Source: Glaucostegus cemiculus (taxonomy: Eukaryota). Taken from it: a DNA stretch of 64,000 nucleotides. The translations under genes and the position numbers were made by a program. The notes beneath the pieces were generated by a model that was not told where the DNA came from, did not search any database, and saw nothing but the letters and a program-made list of their open reading frames with translations. The stretch is from contig CDPCPM010000344.1 in the NCBI GenBank assembly GCA_976551045.1, positions 1,674,001 to 1,738,000 of the forward strand, given 5' to 3'. Below are positions 23,701-35,700 of the stretch, piece after piece; position 1 is the stretch's first letter, and every line of letters starts with the position of its first letter.

Positions 23701-26700
23701 TATCTCCTTCCCCAACTGGTTCCAACCGCCCATCATCACCCTCCCCCTCACCTGGTACCATCTATCGCCTGCCAGCCCCCACCCCACCCCACCCCGCCCC
23801 GCCCTCGCACCCCTTTATGCTGGCTACCTCCCCTCTGTGGTCAGACTTGATGCAGGGTCTCAGCCCAACATGTCGGCCATCCATTTGCCTCCATAGAAGC
23901 TGCCTGTCCCCCTGAGTTCCTCTAGTAGTTTGTCTGCTTTGCTCCGTATTCCACCATCTGCAGTCTCTCGTGCCCCTGTTTTCCCAGTGTCAGTCGTGCA
24001 CCTAATGACATCACAGGTCACGTGCCACACATATCCTCCAACGTCAGAATAAATCAGAGCTTTGGGTGTGACTTATGACCTTCATTAAACACATGATGTT
24101 GAGGTCGACAATGGAACCATTTCAAAGGTGTGCGTTCTGGCATCGACGTCTTGTTCACCGCATCAGTCTTATTGCTCAGTAGTAAGGAAACCCCATCTCA
24201 GCTTCTCCCTCACTGCTCACATCCAACGTTGCATGCAACATTGTCTGACCCCTTGACCATGCCGCACCTCAGTGTTCTGGGCCCATTCACAGTCAGTCTG
24301 TGCCTAAAACTTACAGGGCATAGGTTTAGGGCAAGGGTTAAGAGGCTGAGAAGGGATTTGAAGAAGAACCTTTGTACCCAGAGGGTGGTTGACATTGGGA
24401 GCGCACTGTCTGTGGGGGTGATGGAGGCAGAGCCTCTCACATCTGAGAAGTTTCTCGGCGAGCACTTGAATCGCCAAGGTGTAGAAAGCTGTTGACTAGT
24501 TTAATTTTTTTAAATTTTATTTACAACGCGGTAACAGGCCCTTTTGGCCCAACGAGTCCGCGCCGCCCATTTTAAATCCCCCAAATTACCTACCCGTACA
24601 TCTTTAGAATGTGGGAGGAAACCAGAGCACCCGGAGGAAACCCACGCAGACACAGGAGAACGTACAAACTCCTTACAGTTAGCGACGGGAATCGAACTTC
24701 GAGCGCTGGTGCTGTAACTGCGTCGCACTAACCGCTACGCTATCGTGCCGCCCTAAGTTCTGGTTAATGAGATCAGTATGGGCAGGTGGCTGATGGACTT
24801 GTGGGCCAAAGGGCCTGTTTCTGTACTGTATGACTGATTACAAGGGAAGTATCCACACAGGAGATGGATTACGCTCACCGCACACTCCTGTCCTGCATTT
24901 GACAGATACTGTACAGCTGCCAGAGGGAGAGTCCAATGAGGTCTGATACCCTCCCCAGCAATCAGTGCAACAATCACAGGGCAGATAAGAGATCCTCCTG
25001 CAGCTCCTGGCAGGAGCCATTCAGACCCCACTTTGGATGTGATCTGTGCACAAACCCCAATAACACTGTTTCTGGTGTAATTTTGCCAATTCCATGAATT
25101 TTTTGTATGGGTTCCACTTAAGCTATACTTAATCATGTTTGGTGGTTCAAAGTGAAAAAGGTTCACTTTGAAAAAGGTTCTTGAAATGCATAAGTTGTCT
25201 TCCCTTGAATCACAGTTTTCAAAGGTGTAATCTTCATGAAAATAATGTCCCAGTATGTCCTCCTTCCCTAACGTCTGTGGACAGAGAATGGGAAAAGCAG
25301 TTTTGAAGCCAAGATTGGATCAACCATGATCTTATTGACTGGCTGAGCAAGTGTGAGGGGCTGATTGGCAGACCCCTCCTGTGTAACTCACAGAATCTAT
25401 ATAGCCCACGATCAGATCTGCTCATCTCATTCTCATCTCCGCCCTTCCACAGCAGAAAGTCAGCCCCCGACTGTGATGGTTTACCCCTCTCCTACCTCAG
25501 TAACCGAGGGAGAAATGGTGGAGTTACACTGCCAGATCACAGGACAGCCGCAGCCCAGGATCACATGGTACAGGATGGCCGGTTCTCTCACCACCAACCA
25601 CCAGGTAGGGAACGTGCTCCACTCTGTATTTCTGAGCACTGGACCCAGTCTGGGCGAGTGTGAGTGACGGAGGCTGTGATTTTCCTCTCGCTGCTTCAGG
25701 TGCAGGGTCCTGTGCTGCGCATCCTTCACGTGACTCCTGCCGACGCTGGGGATTACATCTGCCGCGCGGAGAACGTCCTTGGAATGCAGGAGGTCAAATT
25801 CTCCGTCTCCATCACTTCCATATCAACCTGTATGTAACACATCATTATTTGAATGTTATTCATGCACCAACATTTACCCTTTATTTTGCTGGCATACCCA
25901 TCCCTAGTGTTGTTGGAAACCAAGAGTTTCTGGTATTGCTTGAAAGGTAGTCTCTTAACATAGTGATCCCGAGCTTTGGGAAAGCAGAGGTGTGAGTGGC
26001 ACAGTGGTGTGGCTGGTGGAACCGTTGCCTCTCAGCTCCAGAGACCCGGTTTCAATCCTAGCCCCCAGTGCTGTCTGTGTAGAGTTATCCCTGTGACTGT
26101 GTGACTTTACCCCACGTTCTCTGGATTTGTTCCACATCTCAAAGGCTTGCAGATTGGTAGGTTAATCGATGATTGTAAATTGTCCCTGGTGTGTAGGTAA
26201 GTGGGAGTTGCTGGGAACGTGGGGAGAATTGGGCTGCTCAGTGAGCTTGCATAGATTTTGGGCGGCACGATAGCATAGCAGTTAGCGAGACGCTGTTACA
26301 GCGCCAGCGAACGGGGTTCGATTCCCGTCGCTGACTGTAAGGAGTTTATATGTTCTCCCATGTCTACGTGGGTTTCCTCCGGGTGCTCCGGTTTCCTCCC
26401 ACATTCTAAAGATGTACAGGTAGGTTAATTTGGGGGTTTAAAATGGGCAGCGTGGACTCATTGGGCCAAAAGGGCCTGTTACCACGCTGTAAATTAAAAA
26501 AAAATTCCATGGACCATATGACCTCCTACATTGGAGAGGAATGTGAATTGCTTTGGACAAGTGAATGTTAATAGGTGAAGAAGTATGTTAGAGCTTCATG
26601 TTTTCTTGTTTTCCTCCAGCTTTGCTCTTTGTGGAAGCTGCCAGATCCCTCCCTGACCTTTAGAAACATTCAGAACTGTTGAAAGTGAAGTAAATGGTTC

Positions 26701-29700
26701 AAAAATATGAAACTTAATTGAAGATTTTGAAAAAAAAAATTCACCTGAAATGACTGAAGCTATGAGAAACACCACTGCCAACATAAATAAGCACCAAGGA
26801 TTCTCAGCAAGTTTGTGGTCTACCCCTTGCCAAGAGCTCTGATAGACTCACAGACTGCACCTCCAGCAAGCTTGAGACCCCTGTATTTGGATGCATGTGC
26901 ACTGCTAGCCTAACTGAATCGCCAAGGGTAAAGTACGGCCTTTCATTGCCCAGTAGGGTTTAGTCCTTGGGATAAACCCTACTGGGCCATGAATTTCTTC
27001 TGGATTTGAGAAGGTCTTTGCCGTGTGCACTTGAACCCTTTGGGTTGGTTCCCTCTTATTAAGTGCAGGGCTGAAATCCGATGAATTAACAAGAGAAGGA
27101 GCAGTGGCTGGAGGAGAAAGGTGCACAGAAGGATCCTGTTGTATTTAGATGGAACATGTTGGAGGCAGGAGAGAGGAAGATTGTCCATAATGCAGCCAAG
27201 GAGTGTACCTGCAGTTCAATAAGATACAGCTTCATTACTGTCTACTTTTCATATGTTGCTCCATTAAAATCCTCCTCTGCTCTCCACCTTTACACAGCAC
27301 AACAAACTGCTCCCCAGGTGAGGGTTTACTCCTCTCCCAGGACGATAACAGAGGGACAAATGTTGGAGTTACACTGCCAGGCCACAGGACAACCAGAACC
27401 CAGGGTCACTTGGTACAGGGCAGCTGGCCCTCTAACAGCCAATCACCAGGTAAGTCAAGGTTGTGAGCAACGGTGGACATTCCCTTCAGGAGATGTCATT
27501 TTACCCAGACACAGTGAGTGTGGGACTCATGGCTTCAGTCATATCACAGTGGAAGGAGGGAGCTTTGCTGAAGAGATATCCAAATGGGATTGTGTCCGAC
27601 CCTCAGACAATGAGGTCTTGCGGACGTGGTTGCTATGCTGTGGCAGAGATTGTTTTGAAGTGGAGGAGGAGGGAGGTATGGCTGTTCCAGCGAGCGACTG
27701 TATCAGCAGACTGTGAAGGGCTGACTGAACACCTGTACTTGTATGTATTACAAGCATACATTCCCGGTGAAGGGGTAAGTTCAAAGGAGATCTATGGGGC
27801 AAGTTTTATTTACACAGGGAGTGGTGGGTGCCTAGAATGTTCTGCCAGGGGTGGTGTGGTGGTGGAGGCAGATATGATAGAGGTGTCCAAGATGCATTTC
27901 ATATGGATGTGCTGAAAATGGAAAGAGATGGACATGGTGTAGGCTGAAGGGTTTAGTTTAGTTAGGTGTTTAATTACTAGTTTAATGAGTTTGGCACAAT
28001 ATCATGTGCTGAAGGGCCTGTTCCTGTGCTGTGCTATTCTATGGGACCAATGGAGGAAGGTGGTGTCCGAGTGAGATAGCAGCTACAATGCCAGCGAGTG
28101 TGTGTCAGTGGGCAGGAAGGGAAGGTGCAGCTTCAGGATCAAGCGACAAGGTCAAGGCAAAACCACGTCATTGCCTGCAAGAGTGCTTGTAGCAACTTGC
28201 AGTGGAACGCTTGTACATGTGGGCAATGATGGCCATCTTCAGCGTGGAGTTTGTTGCTGCATGTTGAGGGCACACTGCAGTGCTGAGCCCTGGGCTGACA
28301 ACCTTAAACAGCACAGAGGGAAACCACTCCATGGAATTTAGAAGAGTGAGGGGTGATCTTTTTGCAGCATATAAGATCCCAACGGGCATGACGGAGTAGA
28401 TGTTGAGATGTTTCCACTAAGTGGGAGGGGCTCGAGTAAGGGGACGTAGTTAAGAGATAAGGGGGCAATCATTTAGAACTGAGGTGCTTAGGAATTTCTT
28501 CTCAGAGAGTGTGGTGATTCTCGGGAATTCTCTACGCCTGAGGGCGGGAGAGGCCAGACGTGAGAAGAGCTGGATAAATTCTTGGAAGATCAGGGATTTC
28601 AGGGCCAGGAGCAGCTGGCACAGAGAAAACATTGAGGCCTGGGCAGAACAGCCATAATCATGATGAATGGCAGGAGAAGTTTGACGGGCTGAGTGGCTGA
28701 TTCTGCCCCGTGAGCTCCTTTTCTAGTTTCAGTGACCACTGCCAAATATGACAAGCCAGGCTAATTATCTTGCTTCCCTTTAAATTTCAGCTGGGTCTTA
28801 ACACTGGAATCATCCCTGGACCTATTTGTTTGACTCTGGAATGGTATCTAATTATTAATCTTTGAGTGGAGAGTACACAGGAACAGGATTGGGTCTTTCC
28901 ACCCATGGTCTAGCAGGGTGCTGCGGCATTTGGGACCAGTTGTATGAGATGAACGGTTCAGCCCCCATTTCTCCAGCTGCCCACTGTGTTGAGGCTCCCA
29001 GTATGTTGTGCAGGCACTAGACCCAGTCTGGGTGAGTGTGAGTGACAGAGGCTGTGATTTTCCTCTCACTGCTTCAGGTGCAGGGTCCTGTGCTGCGCAT
29101 CCTTCGCTTGACTCCCGCCGACGCTGGGGATTACATCTGCCGCGCCCAGAACATCCTTGGAATGCAGGAGGTCAAATTCTCCGTCTTGGTCAGCTCCACG
29201 CCATCCTGTACGTAACTTGTCATTCTTGTCCTGTGTGTTTCGTTAACGTCCTTTGATCTCACCACTCTTAGCATTCACTTGCAGAGTAGCATTTTGTTTG
29301 TGGTTTAGGGCAAGTTTGATTGTCAAGTAATGAACCCAGGAAGATTGTAAGCTCTCCTACAACTGGTGATCCCATGGCTGCATTCAGTGCCAGCTCTGCT
29401 CAAGGCTGCCCAGTGTAACAAAGGGCCAAATGCCTGTTTCAGGCACTGGCCCCTGATGCTTATTTTCCTGCTGTCACCAATATTTTGCCCTTAAGACCAC
29501 ATTAATACTCCCCACCCTGCAGCCGTGTTGGGTGTAACTACCACCATAGATGTGTATGGTGCCATCAGATCTGTGGGTCTCAGTGTTTGCTCATAGGCAC
29601 AGGAAAGCGATTGTATTCCTGAAGGTGAATTGTTTTTAAGCAGGGTTAAATAAGAATTTTGCTGCTCAAAAATGAGCATTGTTTTTAGATCTGATTTGTG

Positions 29701-32700
29701 AGCTAGGTCAGTGCATGGGAAGCATTTACTTAAAACCAATTCAGGAGAGTTGTAATGAGGTATTTGGGATTTAAAAAATAGGAAAGGTTTTTATTGTTAA
29801 CCCTTATATTTCATTTATCACAAAAGAACTGTGCAAACTTTAGAAACTGTCTCAGAGAGCACTTAGCCGGGGAATGGTTAGCCTCAGCTTGCCGTAGTCA
29901 TTGGTGAGCTACATGATGAAAACGAGGTCAATTTCTTTGACGCTATGTTCCTGCCTGTTACTCAGTGCACCACAGAGTTGGCCTGAGACTGGAAAGTTCC
30001 TCTCTGACCCAGGGTCCTGTTGTGCAAACCTTTTGCTAAATTTACCTTCCGCCTAGTTTAGGATTTGCACGTGTCAACAGAGCACTGAAGTTCTTGAGAT
30101 GGTCCAGAGGTGACACATTTAAGAAACATATTTTAAACATCGCTACTACTAACTAGCCCTCACATTGGCACCAAATGTTGCTGCTTGTCGTGACCTCATT
30201 CAATGCCGGTCATTTCAGCTAATGACAATGTCAGATTTTTCCAGATTTTGATGTCTCATTGATGTCTCTTCTGATCTCCACTCCACAGCCAATGAAGGTG
30301 CACCAATAGTGAGAGTGCAACCCACACCCACCTCGATAAAGGAGGGGGACATGCTGGAGTTACATTGCCAGATCACAGGACAGCCAGAACCCATGATCAC
30401 GTGGTACAAGTTGGGCAGTGCTCTGACCGACAGACACCAGGTATGTAATTGTGGCAACATTCACTGTCTTTTTTGGGTTATTATCACAGATGTAAACCAG
30501 AACATCGAACCCACCATTTGCCTGCTGCTTACCAGCCAAAAACAGCTGCAGAGTCGACCTGCTGAATTCCTGGCAGAATCCCAGAATCGATCCCATGCTG
30601 TGCTCCTGCGAGGACACGTGACCACCTGTACATGCACACACCCCAAACACTGTGTCCTCAACCTCTGATGGTGAGGGTGAGCTATGGATTTCCTTTACTC
30701 TGAAGGAAGGTGGGAATGAGAACTTGCCATGATTAAGGAAGACAAGAGTTTATTTTGATCGGCTGGAATCTTGGAAACTGAAAACTAAAACAAGTGAAAT
30801 AAGCCAAAACAGCAACAAATAAGGACGTACCTTCAGAGTTAATAGTCAAAAGGGAATCAGTACAATTTATGGTTATACACAGCAGAAGCTTTTGATACCT
30901 GATGTAGCTGTTCAGTTTTAAGTTCTCCAGATGTATTTTGTTGTCGTTTAATATTCTGAGATGGATTTTGGCACCACTGGAAACTGACAGAATGAAGTGA
31001 GTGTGCAGTGTCAGTGTGATCTCCTGTCATCAACACTTTAAGGCAAATTAAACAGTGCACAAAACTTGCCTCCTATTTGTGCTCTTGCACCAGCAGATGA
31101 AACAAAGCATGCACTGAACGTTCTGCTGGCTGCTTTCCGACCAGACATCACAGGAACTTTGCCCTGAGATTCCCAAGTGCCAAATGTGATCCGATTGAAA
31201 CTGAAGTGGGGAGACAGTAGGCACTGTGGAGATGAGAGTATCCCTCTGAACTGACAGGGGGAACAAAATTAAACAATTATTTTAAGCTATTTCTTTAATA
31301 TTCCCTTTTTATAGTTTCGAGGCACCACTAGCAATGTTTATTGCCCATCCCTAATTGCCTGTGTGAAGGCACTGGTGAGCTTTCTTCCTGAACTGCTGGA
31401 GTCTTTATGGTGAAGTGCTACTGGGGAGGGAGTTCCAGGATCTGGACCCAGTGGGGAAGGTCCGATGATATATTTCCAGGTCAGGACGTGGATGTCTTGT
31501 AGGTCCTGGTGTTCCCATGTGCCGGCTCCTCCTCTTCTCTCCCTCTCTCTATCCCTTTTAAAACACTGAAATCTGGGAATATTCAGTATCCATTCCTGCC
31601 CTGGTGACAGCCAAGTCTCTGCAAGAGCCACGATATCATATTTGCTCTCTGTTCATCACCCTTATTCCTGATACTTCTCTCATTTAAATCAATGCACTTT
31701 AGCCCATCCACCTCTCTACTTTTCTACCCTATACTCTGCTCCTCCTTCCTCAAAGCCTCTCTGTATGTTAGATCTGACTTTACCACATGCACTTCTTCCT
31801 CTGAACTACTCCTCTGGTTCCCATCCCCCTCACAAACTAGTTTAAACACTACCAAACCACACTAGCAAACCTGCCTGCAAGGATATTGGATCCCCTTGAG
31901 TTCAGGTGTAACCTATCCATTCTGTACAGGTCCCACCGTCCCCAGAAGAGATCCCAATGATCCAAAAGTCTAAAACCCTCCTAAGCCACGCATTTATCAG
32001 CCATCTCTGCCTATTCCTACCTTCACTATCACGTGGCACTGGCAGCAATCCTGAGATTGCTACCCTTGAGGTCCTGTTCTTCAGCCTTCTGCCTAGATCC
32101 CTAAACTCACTTTTCAGGACCTCATTCCCCCTTCCCACCTATGTTGTTGGTGCCAACATGAACCACAACTTTTGGCTGCTTTCCCTCCCGCTCAAGAATC
32201 CTGTGGACCCGATCAGAGACATCCCGGACCCTGGCACCTGGGGGGGCAACAGACCATCCGGGATTCTCGCTCACGTCCACAGAACCTCCTGTCTGTTCCC
32301 CTGACGATCGAGTCCCCTGTCACTACTGCCCTCCTCTTCTCCTCCCTTCCCTTCGGAGCAGCAGGACCGGTCCCAGTGCCAGAGACCCGGCTACTGCTGC
32401 TTGATCCCTGCAGGTCATCCCTCCCACCCACCCACCAACAGCTTCCAAAGTGGAAAACCTGTTATTGAGGGGAACGGCCTCCGGGGTCCTCTGCACTGTC
32501 TGCCTGTTCCCCTTCTCTTTCTCTCCCCTGAAAGTCACCCATCTATCTTTCTGCTGGACCCTAGAAGTACCTGCTCTAAGGGTGGGGGGGGGGGGGTGAC
32601 TGCCCCCTGATGCACAGCATCTACACAGCTCTCTCCCTCCCTGATGCTTCACAGTGTTTGAAGCTGCGACTCCAGCTCATCAATTCTGAGCCGAAGTTCC

Positions 32701-35700
32701 TCCAGCCTCCAGCACTGACTGCAGAAGTGGTCACCGTGCCCCACAGCCGGGTCCACTGGCTCCCACATCACGCAGCTGCAGCACGGGGCCTTGCCTCCTT
32801 GCCCTCCAGCTGAACTATTTTTTTTCTTACCTAGCTGTAATCTACTTAAAAGCTATAACAGTAACAGTAAACCTTACCTTTGCTTACCAGCTGCTCACCA
32901 GTGTTGTTGCAGATGGTCTCCACCCCTTGATGCCAAAGCCTGTTGTGCCAAGGCCACTCACTCTGACTCTGTCCACTCCGACAGTGGCCGCTCCAAAATG
33001 GCCGCTCCGCTTGACACAAACTCCTTTTTATTGGCCCTTTCTAAATTAGCCCAGACCTGTGAGGGACGTGCTGCTCCAATGTCTCCCGGGCCGATTCTGT
33101 ATATAGCTGGTCAATGGTCATCCCTAGATGTAGGTGGTGAGCGACTCAGAGGTGGTAGAGCCATTGTGTGTTTGAAGGGTAGTTGGTTAGACTCACTCTT
33201 GCCTGGCAGTTCCGTGGCGTGAATGTTACTTGCTAGTTCACAGCCCTTGCCTGAGTGTTGTCTTGGTCTTGCTGCATACAATAACCACATGGGAGTACCT
33301 TCAGCAGAAAGGCAGCTGTAGTTCAGGTGGCAGCCCAGCACCTCTTACAATTCCAAGGGCATTTAGGGACAGGCAACAACTGCTCACCTTTCCAACAATA
33401 CCCAGGTCCCAGAAAAGCAAACGCATTTAAAAAAAGCTTTTTTGTATGGATGGGCCGTGAATCTGGTTCATGTCCTTGGGAGGATTGGCTGCCTGCGATA
33501 ACCACGACACAAGCATCAGATGCAAGGACCCCTCCTGATAGTAACCCAGTGCTCAGAGGCGTGCGGCTCCACTCAGTGGGACTGTGTTACTTGCTACAAA
33601 CAGCTCAGCGTGACAAGCCCTTGTCATTTTCCTCCTGGTGCACAGGTTCAAGGCCCGGTGCTGCGGATCCTGCAGGTGACCCCTGAGGACATTGGGGATT
33701 ATATCTGCCGTGCCGAAAATATCTTCGGAATGGAACAACTGAAATTCCCAGTCTCAGTCACCTCCGCATCATCCAGTACGTAACCCAGTCAGTTCTTCAC
33801 TGTCATTTGGTTCATCACCTCTTGATTTCACCAGTTGTTTTATTGCTTGGCCCTGTTTCATGTTAAATGGGAGGCAACATTGTACTGTTGTTAAGTAGTG
33901 TTTCGTTACAGACAGTGAGCTACCATTGCTAAAGCACTCCTCGCAACTTCACAAAGAACATCACAGCAAATAAGTACTTTTGGATTGTATTTAGTTTGAA
34001 GAGAACAGCATGGGTTATAACTTTTCCACTGAAAGTCCAGTAACCTCGCAATGTGGAGAGTTTTATGATAAGTCACATGAGTGAATGATAGAGAAATGGA
34101 GGGCTATGTGGGGTGGAAGGGTTAGATAGGTATTAGAGCAGGATAAAATGTCAGCACAACATCGTGGGCCGAAGGGCCTGTATTGTGCTGTAGTGTTCTA
34201 TGTTCTAAGCTGACACTAGAGCAAACTATGACTGCTTTTGTCATGGGATGCAAAGAATAAATGGTTAATATTTGGTGACCTGTAAAGATCAGAGGTGGGA
34301 ATGAATAATGTTTAAACGTTGAAGGTGCCAAAACCAGAGAATGGAAGATCGGTTACTTACATATCTATAGAATCATAGAAGTGTTATATGGGAGCCCATT
34401 CAGCCCCATGCAGCCTGTGCTGGCCAGGATCACATGTGCTTTACCAATTCTCAACATACCCTCTCACTCACAGGGGTTTATGCCCATGTACATCTGGATC
34501 CCTTTTATTCTTGCACATCCTTTAGAACTTGCCATTTAGTCTGCAATGCCCCTTACTATTATTTTTATTAATGTGCACCACCTCACTGTATTAGGTCTTG
34601 CCTGCTCAATCTTCCAGTCTCCCTGTAGTCTATTGCGATCTTCCTTGCTATTTATTACACTTTCCCATTTGGTGCATCATTGGCAAATTTTGAAACTTTA
34701 CCCTGTACACCCAAGTCTAAGTCATGAATGGAGATACAGAGAGCAGTGGCCCAGGGATGGCTGGAGAACACACCGCCATCTACCAGATGGTGGTGTCCAG
34801 ATGAAGAGTCTTGACCTGAAATGTCTTCTGTCCATTTCCCTCCATAGATGCTGCCTGACCCACTGAGTTCCACCAGCATTTTGTGTGTTGCACCATCTAC
34901 CAGCCTCCAGTCTGATACACAACAGTTTACCACTGCACTCTGCTTCCCGCATTTAACCCCCCTTCCTGTTCATTCTGCCTCTGACCCTTCAGTTTCATTG
35001 GCCTCAGTTTTACTCACCAGCCATTTGTGTGGGACTTTAATAAGGACCATTTGGCCCCTCATGTTTGCACCCCATTCAGTCAGATCACGTCTGATCTTTT
35101 ACTCAGCACCATTTTCCTTGATTCCCTTAATGACTAAAAAGCCATCTGTCTCTGATTTGAATATGCTCAGTGACAAAGCCCCCATAGCCATCTCAGGCAG
35201 AGATGATTCACTACCCTTGGCTGAAGAAATGTCTTCACTCATCTAATGCCTCCTGTGAAACCATGTTGACAACATCTACTGCATTCCCTTCATCAACAAC
35301 TTCTTTTAACTCGTCAAAAAGTTCAATCCATTTTTTCAGTGGTGTGAAAGCTACTTCAAAGTGTTTATCTGGATGCAGGAGAACGTGTAAGCTATAGTCA
35401 GCCGTGCCTGCATGAGTCAGAAGACCCTGCTCCAGAGAACACTTGGGCAGACTTATCATTGGTGGTGAGATGGTGAACTAAGGCTGCACTATCACAGAGA
35501 GGTTGAACTAGCAGAGAAGTGCTGGCTGTTCAGCAGAGCTGACCACTTGATCCTGGCACCCTCACTAATGAGACAGTAAACCCTCTGCCATCTGCAGTCA
35601 ATGGAAGAGATGTGTCCCACGGCAGTTCCTCCCTTGTGTGACGACCATTGTTTCCTGTTTAAAATCATGAATGGTTTTGAAATAGTAAATAGGGCGGCAC

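Noticed and set aside
18754-25729. Repeated antisense 82-aa ORFs (MKDAQHRTL...) and shifted-frame ORFs (MSDRGCDF...)
   Set aside because: They are shadows of the duplicated exon-intron-exon units.
10823-33775. An antigen-receptor-like or Dscam-like rearranging Ig locus
   Set aside because: These are two-exon I/C2-type domains colinear with perlecan. The cacag motifs are splice acceptors; I saw no RSS heptamer-nonamer pairs and no mutually exclusive exon clusters.
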